A stretch of 61,131 nucleotides of DNA from a virus (IMGVR_UViG_3300032284_003381:1-61131), one strand, 5' to 3'. Positions 1 through 10,300 are shown, counted from the stretch's first letter. Notes: generated by a model not told the origin, from the letters alone. Made by a program: numbers and translations.

Positions 1-123
1 CAAAACCAACCAGAGGTACAAAACCAACCAGAGGTACAAAAACAAGCAGCTAGTTCAATCGATATGAGCAAAATGGGTTCTTCGCCAGTTACACAAAGTA
101 AAAGTTTAACACCTAAGATATGA
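1..123 (+). CDS. 3' end of a gene entering the window (Q/P-rich low-complexity tail)
   Basis: Frame 1 is open from base 1: QNQPEVQNQPEVQKQAASSIDMSKMGSSPVTQSKSLTPKI*, with TGA at 121-123. An 18-nt tandem repeat CAAAACCAACCAGAGGTA occurs twice at 1-36. Confidence 0.6.
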   Translation, partial: QNQPEVQNQPEVQKQAASSIDMSKMGSSPVTQSKSLTPKI

Positions 124-125
124 TT

Positions 126-989
126 TTACCGATTATCTAGATTTTTTTGTGCTAATTGGCTAATGAAATGTGCATTTGGGGAAGAGTATTGTTGAGATAG
201 AATTTCAAAAGGATCGCCGAAAGAGACATAATTAGGTGGGAGATATTTAAATTGCGATTTATTGAAATGTGGCGGAAGTCCATGTTGGCAATCAATAAAT
301 GGCGTTTTAGAGAATCCCATCATATTTTCTGCGAGTTGGAAATTTTGGGTTACATTAGTTGTGTAACCCATTGAATCTGCAACATTAATTGCCCAAGCCA
401 ATTTATCTGTATGTTCCCAAACTTTTCTTCCTGATATTATTTGTTGTGTAGCAAGTATTTCCAACAGAGTAATTGTTTTTTGGAAGAATTCAATTGGGAA
501 ATTATTAAACATCATTATTGATCCCACAGGGACCCATTTTGACTCATAATATTCTTTTGGATTTATTATCCATTCCCAAAAAGGTCCAACATTTTCAACG
601 GCTTCGTCAAATGTAAAAAATAATTCAGGATAGAAGATGAATTCTGAAAATTGATCATTGACGAATGTAATTTGTGGTTTTTCTCTGAGTATTATTTGTG
701 GTTTTAAAATGGCAAATGGTTGTGTGATTTTTTTATTTGCAAGGCACCACAAAAGCGAATAAAATTCATTAAATGGAGCATATCCTCTAATTTCTCCAAC
801 ATTATTGTGAACATTTTTTCTTGGATGTTTTGAAGAATTTATGCAAAAATGAGGCAGATTTGGCGAATTTGAATCTGCCACGGATATGACTAAATCATTT
901 TGGCAATCATTAGTTTTAAAACTTTCGATAAGAAGTTCTAATTGCCAATGATAATAAGGTGTATTTTCGATGCTAACAAAATATTCCAT
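126..989 (-). CDS. GT-A fold protein resembling hydroxyproline O-arabinosyl/serine galactosyltransferase (HPAT/SERGT-like), DxD degenerate
   Basis: N-terminus YFVSIENTPYYHWQLELLIESF resembles the HPAT/SERGT start (FSVECxxYFDWQ). GYAPFN follows. The expected DxD position reads ILKPQII. Confidence 0.5.
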   Translation of the reverse strand: MEYFVSIENTPYYHWQLELLIESFKTNDCQNDLVISVADSNSPNLPHFCINSSKHPRKNVHNNVGEIRGYAPFNEFYSLLWCLANKKITQPFAILKPQIILREKPQITFVNDQFSEFIFYPELFFTFDEAVENVGPFWEWIINPKEYYESKWVPVGSIMMFNNFPIEFFQKTITLLEILATQQIISGRKVWEHTDKLAWAINVADSMGYTTNVTQNFQLAENMMGFSKTPFIDCQHGLPPHFNKSQFKYLPPNYVSFGDPFEILSQQYSSPNAHFISQLAQKNLDNR

Positions 990-1001
990 AACATTAAAGA
1001 G

Positions 1002-1376
1002 TTATTTACAACCAAATTTATTACATTTCAGTGAATCATTATTGTTGTATGTCAAATATTGTTCATAAATTCTATAAACTTCACTGTAAGCAACTCCCCA
1101 ACTTGCATCATGTGCTCTTTTTTCGAATTCCACCCAATTTAAAGAATCATGAAGGTGCGTCCAAGCTCTTGCATGTGACCATTCATGAATTAAAGTGTCA
1201 ATTGCACAATCTTCTGTTATATCCCGATTAATTCGGATATAGAATTTCTTTTTATCGAGAAAACAATCTCCACACAATCCTTTTCCCATTTTTGTGCGAC
1301 GAACGCTTATAGGATAAGCCACTGGACATTTTTTCTTTAAGACAGATACAAGTTTTTTATAAACTCGATATTCCAT
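1002..1376 (-). CDS. Small HExxH zinc metallopeptidase-like protein (SprT/ImmA-like)
   Basis: DTLIHEWSHARAW followed by AHDASWG. The start was moved to the ATG at 1376, which has an upstream GGAGG SD. Confidence 0.65.
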   Translation of the reverse strand: MEYRVYKKLVSVLKKKCPVAYPISVRRTKMGKGLCGDCFLDKKKFYIRINRDITEDCAIDTLIHEWSHARAWTHLHDSLNWVEFEKRAHDASWGVAYSEVYRIYEQYLTYNNNDSLKCNKFGCK

Positions 1377-1431
1377 TTGCCCTCCAATAATATTCACAGG
1401 ACTGCCTGCAAATATATACTGGAGGGCAATC

Positions 1432-1980
1432 TTAATTTATATCGTGAGAATGTCTTTGAACAACATCATGTACCACGATTTTATCCAAATTACCATAGTT
1501 TTTCTTCCAAAATTTGGCAGATTCAATAAATCCTTGTACATGTTCTTCACGATCTTCATGAATTTCCAAGACCTTAAGTTCTTCGTGCATAATACTTTGC
1601 GTTATAAAATTGCATTTTATTTCGAAAGTATCATTACCTTTTTGGTTTTTTTGTCCACGGAAGTAATATTCATGGAATTTTAGTTCATAAAAATCACAAA
1701 TTTCTTGAACTCTAGTACGGATTTTGATTGGTCTACCTGTCATAAGCACAAGTTTTGTGTTTTGATCTTGTGCATCTTTACGATATTGTTCAATTGTGTG
1801 TTGAATATACCATTCAGAGGTTGGATTTTGAGGAACGACAGGTGGCAGCAATGATTCTGGTCTTCCCCACCATCCTTCGAATGCAAAATCCTTATTTAAA
1901 CAAGTTTTTGCTTGTTCTCTGGTTGGAGAATTGAACAAAGTGCCATCAAAATCATAAATTACAGTTCTAACGGTGTTCAT
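1432..1980 (-). CDS. HAD phosphatase, Swiss-Army-Knife RNA-repair-like family
   Basis: Motif I YDFDGTLFNSP, WWGRPESL, motif II LMTGR, TFEIK and motif IV IHEDREEH. Confidence 0.8.
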   Translation of the reverse strand: MNTVRTVIYDFDGTLFNSPTREQAKTCLNKDFAFEGWWGRPESLLPPVVPQNPTSEWYIQHTIEQYRKDAQDQNTKLVLMTGRPIKIRTRVQEICDFYELKFHEYYFRGQKNQKGNDTFEIKCNFITQSIMHEELKVLEIHEDREEHVQGFIESAKFWKKNYGNLDKIVVHDVVQRHSHDIN

Positions 1981-2007
1981 TTTATGCCTTTTTATTGTAA
2001 AAACGTC

Positions 2008-2036
2008 ATTTTATCACAAAAAAAGGCATTTGTAAA
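2008..2036 (-). promoter_or_regulatory. Sigma70-type promoter for the HAD gene
   Basis: Minus strand TTTACA-17 nt-TAAAAT with an extended -10 TGn, 27 nt upstream of the ATG at 1980. Confidence 0.6.
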
Positions 2037-2037
2037 G

Positions 2038-3495
2038 TCAATGACCATGTAAATTATCTTGGTACGCTTTATTGAAAAGAATTCGTTTTAGGTGATGGAA
2101 ATGATTTCCTGTCGGCATCATGCCAAAATGTTGCTTATACAGAGGATTTTCTCTTTTTCCATTTTCATCATGGACATAGTAACCTAAATCTTTATCGTCA
2201 TGATTCATGAGAGTTTCGATTTCTGGTCCATGTGCATTATTCATTTTCATCCAATTGCGTATTTTGTCATTTGTCAAACCTGAATGCATAGATTTGACAT
2301 CATGTGCATAATTGGGATCGAAGTTGTTTTTTGCCCATTGATGCAATACAACAAGATGTGCGATATTTGCTGCTTCAGATGGAGACCATCCGGCATTTAC
2401 TAACATTTGAACAACATCTTGTGGATGATGTTTTTTTAGAATCCAAGCAGGAGCCATCCATCGATCACCCGTTAAATTGTGGGGAACGTCATTTGGATCG
2501 AATTCAGCATTTGGAAATAATGAATTTAGCAAACCTGTATGGGAGAGAATTTTTAAATATTTTCTTGGATTGCCATCGTTATGTTCCAATCCACTCAAGA
2601 ATTCTTTTCGAATATGATCTTTAGGAATTCCATTTAAATCTTTATGTTTCATTATTGTGATAACATGTTTTTCTGGGATTTTGCTTGAATCTCCGAATCT
2701 ATTTAAAAATTTAATATATTTAAATGCAACACTTGGATCTTCCGCCATTCTTTTTTCGAATTCATCTCCAACAAATTTAATTTCCCCATTTTTGAGATGA
2801 TGAGCACCACCATGTGGATCGATAAGGTCGCTATTATCGCCATCAGCATTTGTCAATGGGATATACAGCGAATTAATTGTTAAATCACGATTTGCTGCAT
2901 CTTCTTCTACTGAGGAAGCGGATTCTCCTTTATCTGGATCAATTAATCGACTTTTTGGAGATTTAGAAAAGGTAGCCAGATAAAATTTTTCACCTTTAAC
3001 TTCGACTGTAAATTCAAGTTCTTTACCTTGTTTGTCCCATCTAGAGGCATAAAAGATTTTGCTTTTTGAGCCTGCTGGAGGCAAATCAGCATATTTTTTA
3101 TCATCTTGTTTTTTTTCTGGTTTAGTTTCTGTAAATCCTGCTTCTGGTTGGTTTAGGATCATTCGTATTTCGCTAGGTGTTGCATCTGTAACGAGATCAT
3201 ATCCTTTTGGGGTTTTACCTTTGAGGTGATCACGAACGGCACCGCCTGTTAGATAAAGCGATTTCTTTTTAAGTTGTGGTTCGATTTCGCCTTTAGATTT
3301 ATCGATTGTGGTATAACCTGCACCTACATTTGGAGAATCAGCAAAAGCCTTGATAAGTTCCCGAAGATTTTGGCGTGTTTCTTTATTGACAGTAAAAGGC
3401 GAAAATTCTTTGGAACCTTTTTGTAGTTTAATTTTAGAAGTAACAGGCATTGTTTCTTCTCTGAGTCGAATATAATCTACGAATGATTTTTTCAT
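2038..3495 (-). CDS. Class II tRNA nucleotidyltransferase (CCA-adding/poly(A) polymerase)-like protein with degenerate catalytic motifs
   Basis: LYLTGGAVRDHLKGKTPKGYDLVTDATP, EEDAANRDLTINSL and LIDPHGG...FVGD...RMAEDP. Likely start is the ATG at 3495 (MKKSFVDY). Confidence 0.85.
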   Translation of the reverse strand: MKKSFVDYIRLREETMPVTSKIKLQKGSKEFSPFTVNKETRQNLRELIKAFADSPNVGAGYTTIDKSKGEIEPQLKKKSLYLTGGAVRDHLKGKTPKGYDLVTDATPSEIRMILNQPEAGFTETKPEKKQDDKKYADLPPAGSKSKIFYASRWDKQGKELEFTVEVKGEKFYLATFSKSPKSRLIDPDKGESASSVEEDAANRDLTINSLYIPLTNADGDNSDLIDPHGGAHHLKNGEIKFVGDEFEKRMAEDPSVAFKYIKFLNRFGDSSKIPEKHVITIMKHKDLNGIPKDHIRKEFLSGLEHNDGNPRKYLKILSHTGLLNSLFPNAEFDPNDVPHNLTGDRWMAPAWILKKHHPQDVVQMLVNAGWSPSEAANIAHLVVLHQWAKNNFDPNYAHDVKSMHSGLTNDKIRNWMKMNNAHGPEIETLMNHDDKDLGYYVHDENGKRENPLYKQHFGMMPTGNHFHHLKRILFNKAYQDNLHGH

Positions 3496-3541
3496 ATTTT
3501 TTTCCCAATAATAACAGCTTGATATATTTACCATCGTCGGA

Positions 3542-4027
3542 TCAATTTTTGATGCCTAATTTATATAAAATATATCCGGCAATGATCATATAAGCTACTT
3601 TCCAAGCTCCATCGAATATAATAAACCAGCGACCATCATTGTTGCCCAATCTTAAGGATATATTTTCCATTTTGATTTGCATAGAGTGCATTGACTCTTT
3701 TAATGATTCTAATTCTTGATCAGAAGCTGTATCTGAAACTTTTTCTGATAAAATTTGCAATCTATTTTCAATGTCTCTGGATTGTAACACAGTTTCAACG
3801 GCTGCAAGTCTTTGGAGGGCAGAATTTTGCATTTCTATTAATTTATCAATTTGATCATCAATTTCTTTTTGTCGCTCGATAATCATTTTAACTCTTTCAT
3901 CTATTCGAGAGGTGAGATCGAAAACCAATTGTATTGATTCGGAAACTTGCCCAAAAAATTGTTCAGTCAAAGGAGCAGATTCTTTGATTGTAGTCTTAAT
4001 TGGTGGCATAATTTTATAATTCTCCAT
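3542..4027 (-). CDS. Coiled-coil protein with C-terminal transmembrane helix
   Basis: Heptad-rich body and C-terminal WKVAYMIIAGYILYKLG. An alternative start lies at 4009. Confidence 0.6.
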   Translation of the reverse strand: MENYKIMPPIKTTIKESAPLTEQFFGQVSESIQLVFDLTSRIDERVKMIIERQKEIDDQIDKLIEMQNSALQRLAAVETVLQSRDIENRLQILSEKVSDTASDQELESLKESMHSMQIKMENISLRLGNNDGRWFIIFDGAWKVAYMIIAGYILYKLGIKN

Positions 4028-4050
4028 ATTGGTACTCTATATATTTAGCC

Positions 4051-4587
4051 ATGACAAACAAAACTATTACAAAAGAAGAAGTCGTAGACTCAGTGCCTTT
4101 GGAAGTAATTTCACAGGAAGACATAAATTTTGCAGATGAAGTGGATATTGAACAAAATTTCCTTGTTCCTGAGCCACCAACAATGAATGTTGGCATGCCT
4201 GAAAAGCCAGTTGATGCCACCATGCTTATTTCTGATGAAAAATATTTAAGTGTTTTAGATGAAATAATAAATAACATTAGAGACGATAGAAAGCAAGTAA
4301 GTGATTACATTGATAATATTGCTGATATGGTCATAAATGATGGGGACGCAACAACTTCTAGCAAAGAAGCTTTAGTAAATTTAGTAAAGGTGAAAACAGA
4401 CCTTCAAGACAAGATGCTGAAAGCTGCTGATTTAATGACAAGACTGAAGTTGAAAAACACGTATGCCTACAGTGGACCTCATTTAAATGCAATGCAGCAG
4501 AATAACTACAATATCAATTCTGAGGGTACAGATTTTAATCGTAAAGAATTGATTCGTGCCATCAATAACGCCAAGAAGAAAAAATAG
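4051..4587 (+). CDS. Helical phage protein, possible small terminase subunit
   Basis: Clean ORF. An acidic N-terminus, helical hairpin core and QQNNYNIN...RKELIRAI tail loosely recall T4 gp16. The function is tentative. Confidence 0.4.
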   Translation: MTNKTITKEEVVDSVPLEVISQEDINFADEVDIEQNFLVPEPPTMNVGMPEKPVDATMLISDEKYLSVLDEIINNIRDDRKQVSDYIDNIADMVINDGDATTSSKEALVNLVKVKTDLQDKMLKAADLMTRLKLKNTYAYSGPHLNAMQQNNYNINSEGTDFNRKELIRAINNAKKKK

Positions 4588-4597
4588 GAAATTTAAA

Positions 4598-5920
4598 ATG
4601 GGTCATGCATTAGAAGAATGGTTAAATGAAGCAGGAATTTTAGGAGCATCAAGTGGAGATGTTCCAGCAGGATCTTCGATGGCTATCCCCGGAATGCCCG
4701 GACAAGGCGGTCCACCACCTCAACAAGGATCACCTCCACCCGGAGATCCTAATGTAGCCAATCCTGCTGATCAAAATCCTGATCAACAACCACAAATGCA
4801 GCAAAATACTATACCAGACGTTTCAGGCGATCCTCAAGCTCCTGATATGCCTGAAGAACAAGAAGATCAAGATTTTGAGCAATGGAAAAACAATTATTTT
4901 AGAGAATCTACAAAAGATGATGTTAATAAACTAATTGATCTTATTCACAAGGTTCGTGATATGGATCTTGATTCTTATCCTCGTAAGTTCGTTGAAGACA
5001 ATTTGCAAGTTTGTTTTTTACGTCAAAATGCGAATATTGATAAAGCAAGTAAAGAAATTCGAAGATCAATTAAATCCGATTTAGACCAAAACAATCCTGC
5101 TGTATCAGTAGTTAATCACATTGACAACACTCTGCAAGCAATGCCTGATCTCAATAAAGTTTTCATTAAATTGAAAGGATTATTGGGAATGAAAGGTGAT
5201 TTACATCGCAAATTTATTGCTGCCATTATTGGTGGAGTTCAAGTAGGAACTGGCGGTAATATTGAAGATGTGGTTTATAATGACAGAGATTATTCTATAA
5301 GAATTTCCACTCGGTATAATGATAAATGGGGACGAGTTGATATCGGAAAATGGTCGTTGCGAGAAGATGATGCCGACCGATATTTAACTGAACCAGAACA
5401 ACATAGATTACAAGATGGAAGTCCAGAGGAAAGAGACGTTCTTCGCCGTCGTGTCGTCATGGAAAGTATTGCTGAAACATTCAAAAAGAGAGCATTTATC
5501 ATTAATTCTGTTGGTCAGGATGGCACGATTTACACATTAGGGTGGGATTTAGCAGGAAGCCTTCGTAGTGCGTACACTAGCGGTAAATTAGTTGTAAAAA
5601 CAATTAACAGTGATAACAGCGAAGCTATGATTGATGAGGATGGCAAGATTATTCCTTATGTTGACATTAAAATTAAATATGTAAAAGAAGGAAGCGGCGT
5701 TGATGAAGATGGCAAACCATCAAAAGAAGAGCATGATTTTATGGAAAGAATTGATGGAATGTTATTTTTGACTGCTCAATTCCAAATTTTACAAGAAGCC
5801 TCGTCATCATTTTCAGGAATAGTATTAAAGGAAACACCATACACAGGCAATCCAAGCGATTTGCGTGTTTTACAAAGATGTGTTCCAAACGCTAGCGAAA
5901 TTTTGTTAAGACAATGCTAA
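4598..5920 (+). CDS. Hypothetical phage protein with P/Q/G-rich N-terminus
   Basis: Long ORF. Probable ATG at 4598 (MGHALEEWLNEA) after AGGA. Confidence 0.75.
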   Translation: MGHALEEWLNEAGILGASSGDVPAGSSMAIPGMPGQGGPPPQQGSPPPGDPNVANPADQNPDQQPQMQQNTIPDVSGDPQAPDMPEEQEDQDFEQWKNNYFRESTKDDVNKLIDLIHKVRDMDLDSYPRKFVEDNLQVCFLRQNANIDKASKEIRRSIKSDLDQNNPAVSVVNHIDNTLQAMPDLNKVFIKLKGLLGMKGDLHRKFIAAIIGGVQVGTGGNIEDVVYNDRDYSIRISTRYNDKWGRVDIGKWSLREDDADRYLTEPEQHRLQDGSPEERDVLRRRVVMESIAETFKKRAFIINSVGQDGTIYTLGWDLAGSLRSAYTSGKLVVKTINSDNSEAMIDEDGKIIPYVDIKIKYVKEGSGVDEDGKPSKEEHDFMERIDGMLFLTAQFQILQEASSSFSGIVLKETPYTGNPSDLRVLQRCVPNASEILLRQC

Positions 5921-5936
5921 AATAAAAGGCAAAAAA

Positions 5937-6419
5937 ATGAAACAATTTCTTGAATTTGTAGATCGAAAACAAAGAGAGTCTAAAAAACATCTTAAGCTTA
6001 TGGAAAAGCTTTTAAGAAAAGGTGGATTAGAAGTTCATTCTCACATAGAAGCAGATGATGATGAACCTTATATATTCGTAAAAAGTCCTACAAAGAAACT
6101 AAGTTTTGATGGCATAAGGATTTACGAGATTGGAGAAATGGTTGCATATAGAATTCAGAAAGAAGAAAAAACACAACCATTTGGAAAATCTTATTCTTTA
6201 AATCTTGAAGATATGTTTAACGACTTTATGTCTGAAAACATGAAAGAAAAAGAAGCAGGCAAGAAGGTAATTGAAGGTGTTATTTCTGAAATTAAGAAGT
6301 TTTTTAACAAGAGTGAACGTGCTGAAGAAGAAATGAAAATAAGTGGGCAAGACGGAACCGGATTGATCATTAAGACAGGCGGAAGCGATTATAGCAGTGC
6401 AGTATTAAATCGCATGTGA
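5937..6419 (+). CDS. Hypothetical phage protein
   Basis: 160-aa ORF with AAAGG SD and N-terminus MKQFLEFVD. Confidence 0.7.
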   Translation: MKQFLEFVDRKQRESKKHLKLMEKLLRKGGLEVHSHIEADDDEPYIFVKSPTKKLSFDGIRIYEIGEMVAYRIQKEEKTQPFGKSYSLNLEDMFNDFMSENMKEKEAGKKVIEGVISEIKKFFNKSERAEEEMKISGQDGTGLIIKTGGSDYSSAVLNRM

Positions 6420-6460
6420 TAGTGATAAATACTTATAGCTCTTTTATTCAAGGAGGTGCT

Positions 6461-6655
6461 ATGAGTAACGAAGTTAAAAAGCAGGATATTGATGAAATAA
6501 GTTTGGTAGCAATTATATTGGCATTCTTTTTGCCACCAGCAGGAGTTGCAATTAAAGAAGGGATTGGTTTTAGTTTTGTTGTAAACATTTTACTAACATT
6601 TTTAGGATTTTTCCCCGGAATTATACATGCATTATATGTAATTTTGAAAAAGTAA
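6461..6655 (+). CDS. YqaE/Pmp3 (UPF0057) small membrane protein
   Basis: IILAFFLPPAGVAIKEG...VNILLTFLGFFPGIIHALYVI is the family signature. SD AAGGAGGT precedes the ATG at 6461. Confidence 0.9.
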   Translation: MSNEVKKQDIDEISLVAIILAFFLPPAGVAIKEGIGFSFVVNILLTFLGFFPGIIHALYVILKK

Positions 6656-6657
6656 CA

Positions 6658-6699
6658 AAAATAAGACCCAAGGACAGCCTTGGGTCTTATTTTATTTTT
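6658..6699 (+). terminator. Intrinsic terminator, likely bidirectional
   Basis: Perfect 16-bp stem AAAATAAGACCCAAGG-acag-CCTTGGGTCTTATTTT followed by ATTTTT. Confidence 0.85.
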
Positions 6700-6719
6700 C
6701 GCAAGGCATAAATAGAATT

Positions 6720-7292
6720 ATGCCACTTCCCTTTCAAGACGCATTATTACAGAACTTTCAAAACAATGCCCCTGCATCACCTAATGCAATTGTAGGTCGT
6801 GGCAGCTTGATTACTTTTGACTACATGTTTTACAAGCATGATCCGAAACCTTTAGTGTTAATAACAGATTATCCATATTTTGATCCTAGAAATGGACCAC
6901 GAATGCGAGAAATTGTATATGTTCGTGGATTAAATTTTCACTATTTAACATTTCCAGCTATTAAAAACTTGATGTTTTTGGAAATGTCTCAAAACAAAAC
7001 AATGTGTGAAAACCAACAATTCAGTTATCAGAATTATCTTAAAGGCACTGTAAAACCAATAATGCCTAGATCTGCATTTAGACAATATAAGGTTCAAGGA
7101 GTCAGATCTATTAAGAAATTAAATTGTGAGTTCATAGTAAAAGCACTTGAGATATCAAGATCTTTCGATCCAAATCAGATTGAAGCAATTCGTAAAGAAG
7201 TTAGAGAACAAATTCGCAGAATGGCTAATCCACAGGCAGCACCTACAGGTGAAATGCCTATGAATCAAAATATTAATCCTCCAAATCAATAA
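6720..7292 (+). CDS. T4 gp2-like DNA end protector protein
   Basis: FDY...HDPKPLVLI...RGLNFHYL...FRQYK matches the gp2 pattern, and the gene sits just before the tail genes. Confidence 0.6.
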   Translation: MPLPFQDALLQNFQNNAPASPNAIVGRGSLITFDYMFYKHDPKPLVLITDYPYFDPRNGPRMREIVYVRGLNFHYLTFPAIKNLMFLEMSQNKTMCENQQFSYQNYLKGTVKPIMPRSAFRQYKVQGVRSIKKLNCEFIVKALEISRSFDPNQIEAIRKEVREQIRRMANPQAAPTGEMPMNQNINPPNQ

Positions 7293-7333
7293 TATAATAA
7301 AGTTTCTCTTTTAGAGATATGATGTAGGTGAAA

Positions 7334-10300
7334 ATGGCAGAAGCAATAGACAATCTTGGAAGAAAAATAGACACTTCAAATATGACTCTGGGTCAAATCA
7401 GAGATCTTATTGCTACTTGTTGTGTTGGACCTCAACGTCCATTGAAAGAAGGAGAAGCAACAAGCGAAACCCAAGAAAAAATTAAAGAAATTATGGGAAG
7501 AAGTAGTCAATTCCAAAAAGATAAAAAATGTGTAGAAGACACAGCAGATGCTTATGATGAGCTTTTTGATCACAGTGAAAAAGGATTTAATGAGCTTTTT
7601 GATCACAGTGAAAAAGGATTTAAAAAACTTAAAAGACATGTTGATGAACTTACAACAAGTTTTGGAAAAGTACAAGAACATACCTTAGGGTTTCAAGGTT
7701 TTGCAAAATTAACAAAAGGAATTGTTGATGAGGAAAGAAAATTCACTCAAGAAGTACGTGCCGTTGCTTATGAAACAGCAGGTGTAACAAAAATATCTAG
7801 AGGATTACAAAAAACTTACGAAGATATTGGCAGATCTGTTAAGCAAACAGGATTTGACAGATCAGAATTTCAAAAATCTTATATGACAGCATTAAAAGGT
7901 GGCATTAAAAATCAAAAAGCCGCCATGAGCATCACAACTGCGCAACTCAATACTGAAAAACAATTAGGTTTTGAAGCGGGATCATTAGGCGATCAATTTA
8001 AAGAATGGACCTTAGCAGGAAATATGACTGTTGGGCAAATTGCCGATATGGGTCGTGGAATGCGTGATGTTGCAAGATCAACAGGTGTAACAGGAGAAGC
8101 ATTAAAAAGCGGAATTACAAGTGGTCAAGAATTTGTCAATCAATTAAGAAATGCTGCTCAATTATCTGCAACAGCCGCCAAAAATGCGATGGAACTAGCC
8201 GTCAACGCTCAAAAGTTTGGCGTTAATTCTCAAATGCAACCACTTATGAAAGCAATGGCTAGCTCTTCAAACCTTTTGCTTGAATCGTCAAGTGAAACCA
8301 AAACAATACTATTCCAAGCCGCAGGAAGTGTTGGAAGATTAGATGATTTAATGAAAGGAACTCTCCTTCGTTCTAAACAAGGAACGAAAGACATGGCAAA
8401 GGGTTTTGAAAACATACTTAGTAGATTTGGTGTATCCAGTATGGAAGCCATAGATCAATTAAGCGATTCTGCCAAGATGCAAATCAATCTTCAAATGAAG
8501 GCATCGATGGGAGTTGAATTAGGAGAATTTAGACAGCAGTATCAAACATTAATTGATTCCAGCAAAACTTATGCAGATAGACTTTCTGATATTGACAAAA
8601 AACGCAAACAAAATCTTACGCTTGAAGAAAAAGCTACACTTATGGAAGAAGAACGTAGTCTAAAAACAAGCAAAAGCTTAGAAGTTTTGACTGTCTTGGA
8701 TGAAGCTGCCAAAGGTGCCAAAGACATGAATCAAGCCTTGGGCAAATTTGGAGAAAGAAGGAAAGAATTCCAAGAAGATTTATCTGCAATGGGTATTTCG
8801 GCAACAGACAATGCTGGAGTTGCGAGACAAGCTATTAGAAGTGCATTAGAAAACGTTAATGTTGGTTTACAAAAAGCTGGTAAAAGTGAACTTAAAATTG
8901 ATTCTTCTGAAATTGAAAAAGCATTAAAAGATCCAGCTTCAATGAGAGAATTAACTGCCAAGATAACAAAAGGAGAACAAGAATTAGCTACTGCTCAAAA
9001 AGCACAACTCGATCCTATTACACAAACAAATCAGTATTTACAAGAAAGCAATGAATACCTTAGAAGTATGTCTCAAAGCTTACAAAGCATGGCAATGAAT
9101 CTGCCCGGAGCAAGCTATGCTACAACAGCTTTGGCTGGAATAGGTGCAGCTACAGGATTAATCGGAGCAGGATTTGAAACTGCTGATTTTTTCAAGACCT
9201 TTTACAGAACGACATTTGGCGGTCAAAAAGAAGATTATTTAGGAAGACCAATGAAAGATAAAGACAGTGGTGAACCTATAATGGAAAAAGGCATATTTGG
9301 CATTGCCAAGGATGTGCTGGGATCGTGGCTTGGTGGCGAAAAACATCAAACATGGAAGACTAAAAAGACTCAAATAGAAAAGAAAATGCTTCCGCAAGAA
9401 AAGAAAAATTTAGTTCAAGAAACCAAAAATGTCAAAATGGAGAAAAAGGTCGTTGAAGGCGAAAAAACTCCATGTCCATCTCTGCCTAGCATGGAATGTT
9501 TTGATCTTGAAACGTTAAAGAAGCATGGCAAACAATTTGCAAGCACCGCTGCGGCATTAGCAATTCTTGGAATAGGAATTCTAACTTTAGGTGCCGCAAT
9601 GATGTGGTTGTCGAAGAAAATACTTTCAGTATTCAAACTTGATACTGCAACAGTAGTAGAAACTTCTACTGCCGTTGCAGCTATTATTATTGGAGCAGCA
9701 GGAATTATTGGCGCAGCACTGCTTGCCTACGAAGGTATGAAAAAATTTGAGAACGTTAAAATAGACTTAGGACTGTTTACAAAATCAGCAGGAGTTATAT
9801 TGCTTTTAGGCGGAGCCTTAACTTTATTAGGTGCAGCAGTTGTTAAATTATCTCAAGGAATTCTTGGCGCATTTGGGCTTGATGCAGCAACAGGTAAAAA
9901 AGTAGCAGATGATGTATCTGGAATACTAATGTCAACAGCACAAATTGTTTTAGCAGTTGTGCTTGCGACAGGTGCATTAATGGGAATTGGTGCATTATTG
10001 TCATTGTTGACAGGTCCACAACTTGGATTTGCATTGTTGTTTATGGGTTTAGGGACGGCAGCAATTTTAACTTTGACTCCTGCAATTGTAGGGTTGGCTG
10101 CTGCGACGGTGACACTTGCTGAGGCAGTCATGTCTTCGTTTTCGATGGACGTTCAGAAAGCAAATAAAGTCTCAGAAAATGTATCTGGCATAATCGAAGC
10201 GGCATCTAAAATAGCATTTAGCATTGTGAAATCTGTTCCACTTTTATCTGGATTTAGTGCATTATTACCTATTGCTCCTTTAGTTTCATTTTTTATGTTG

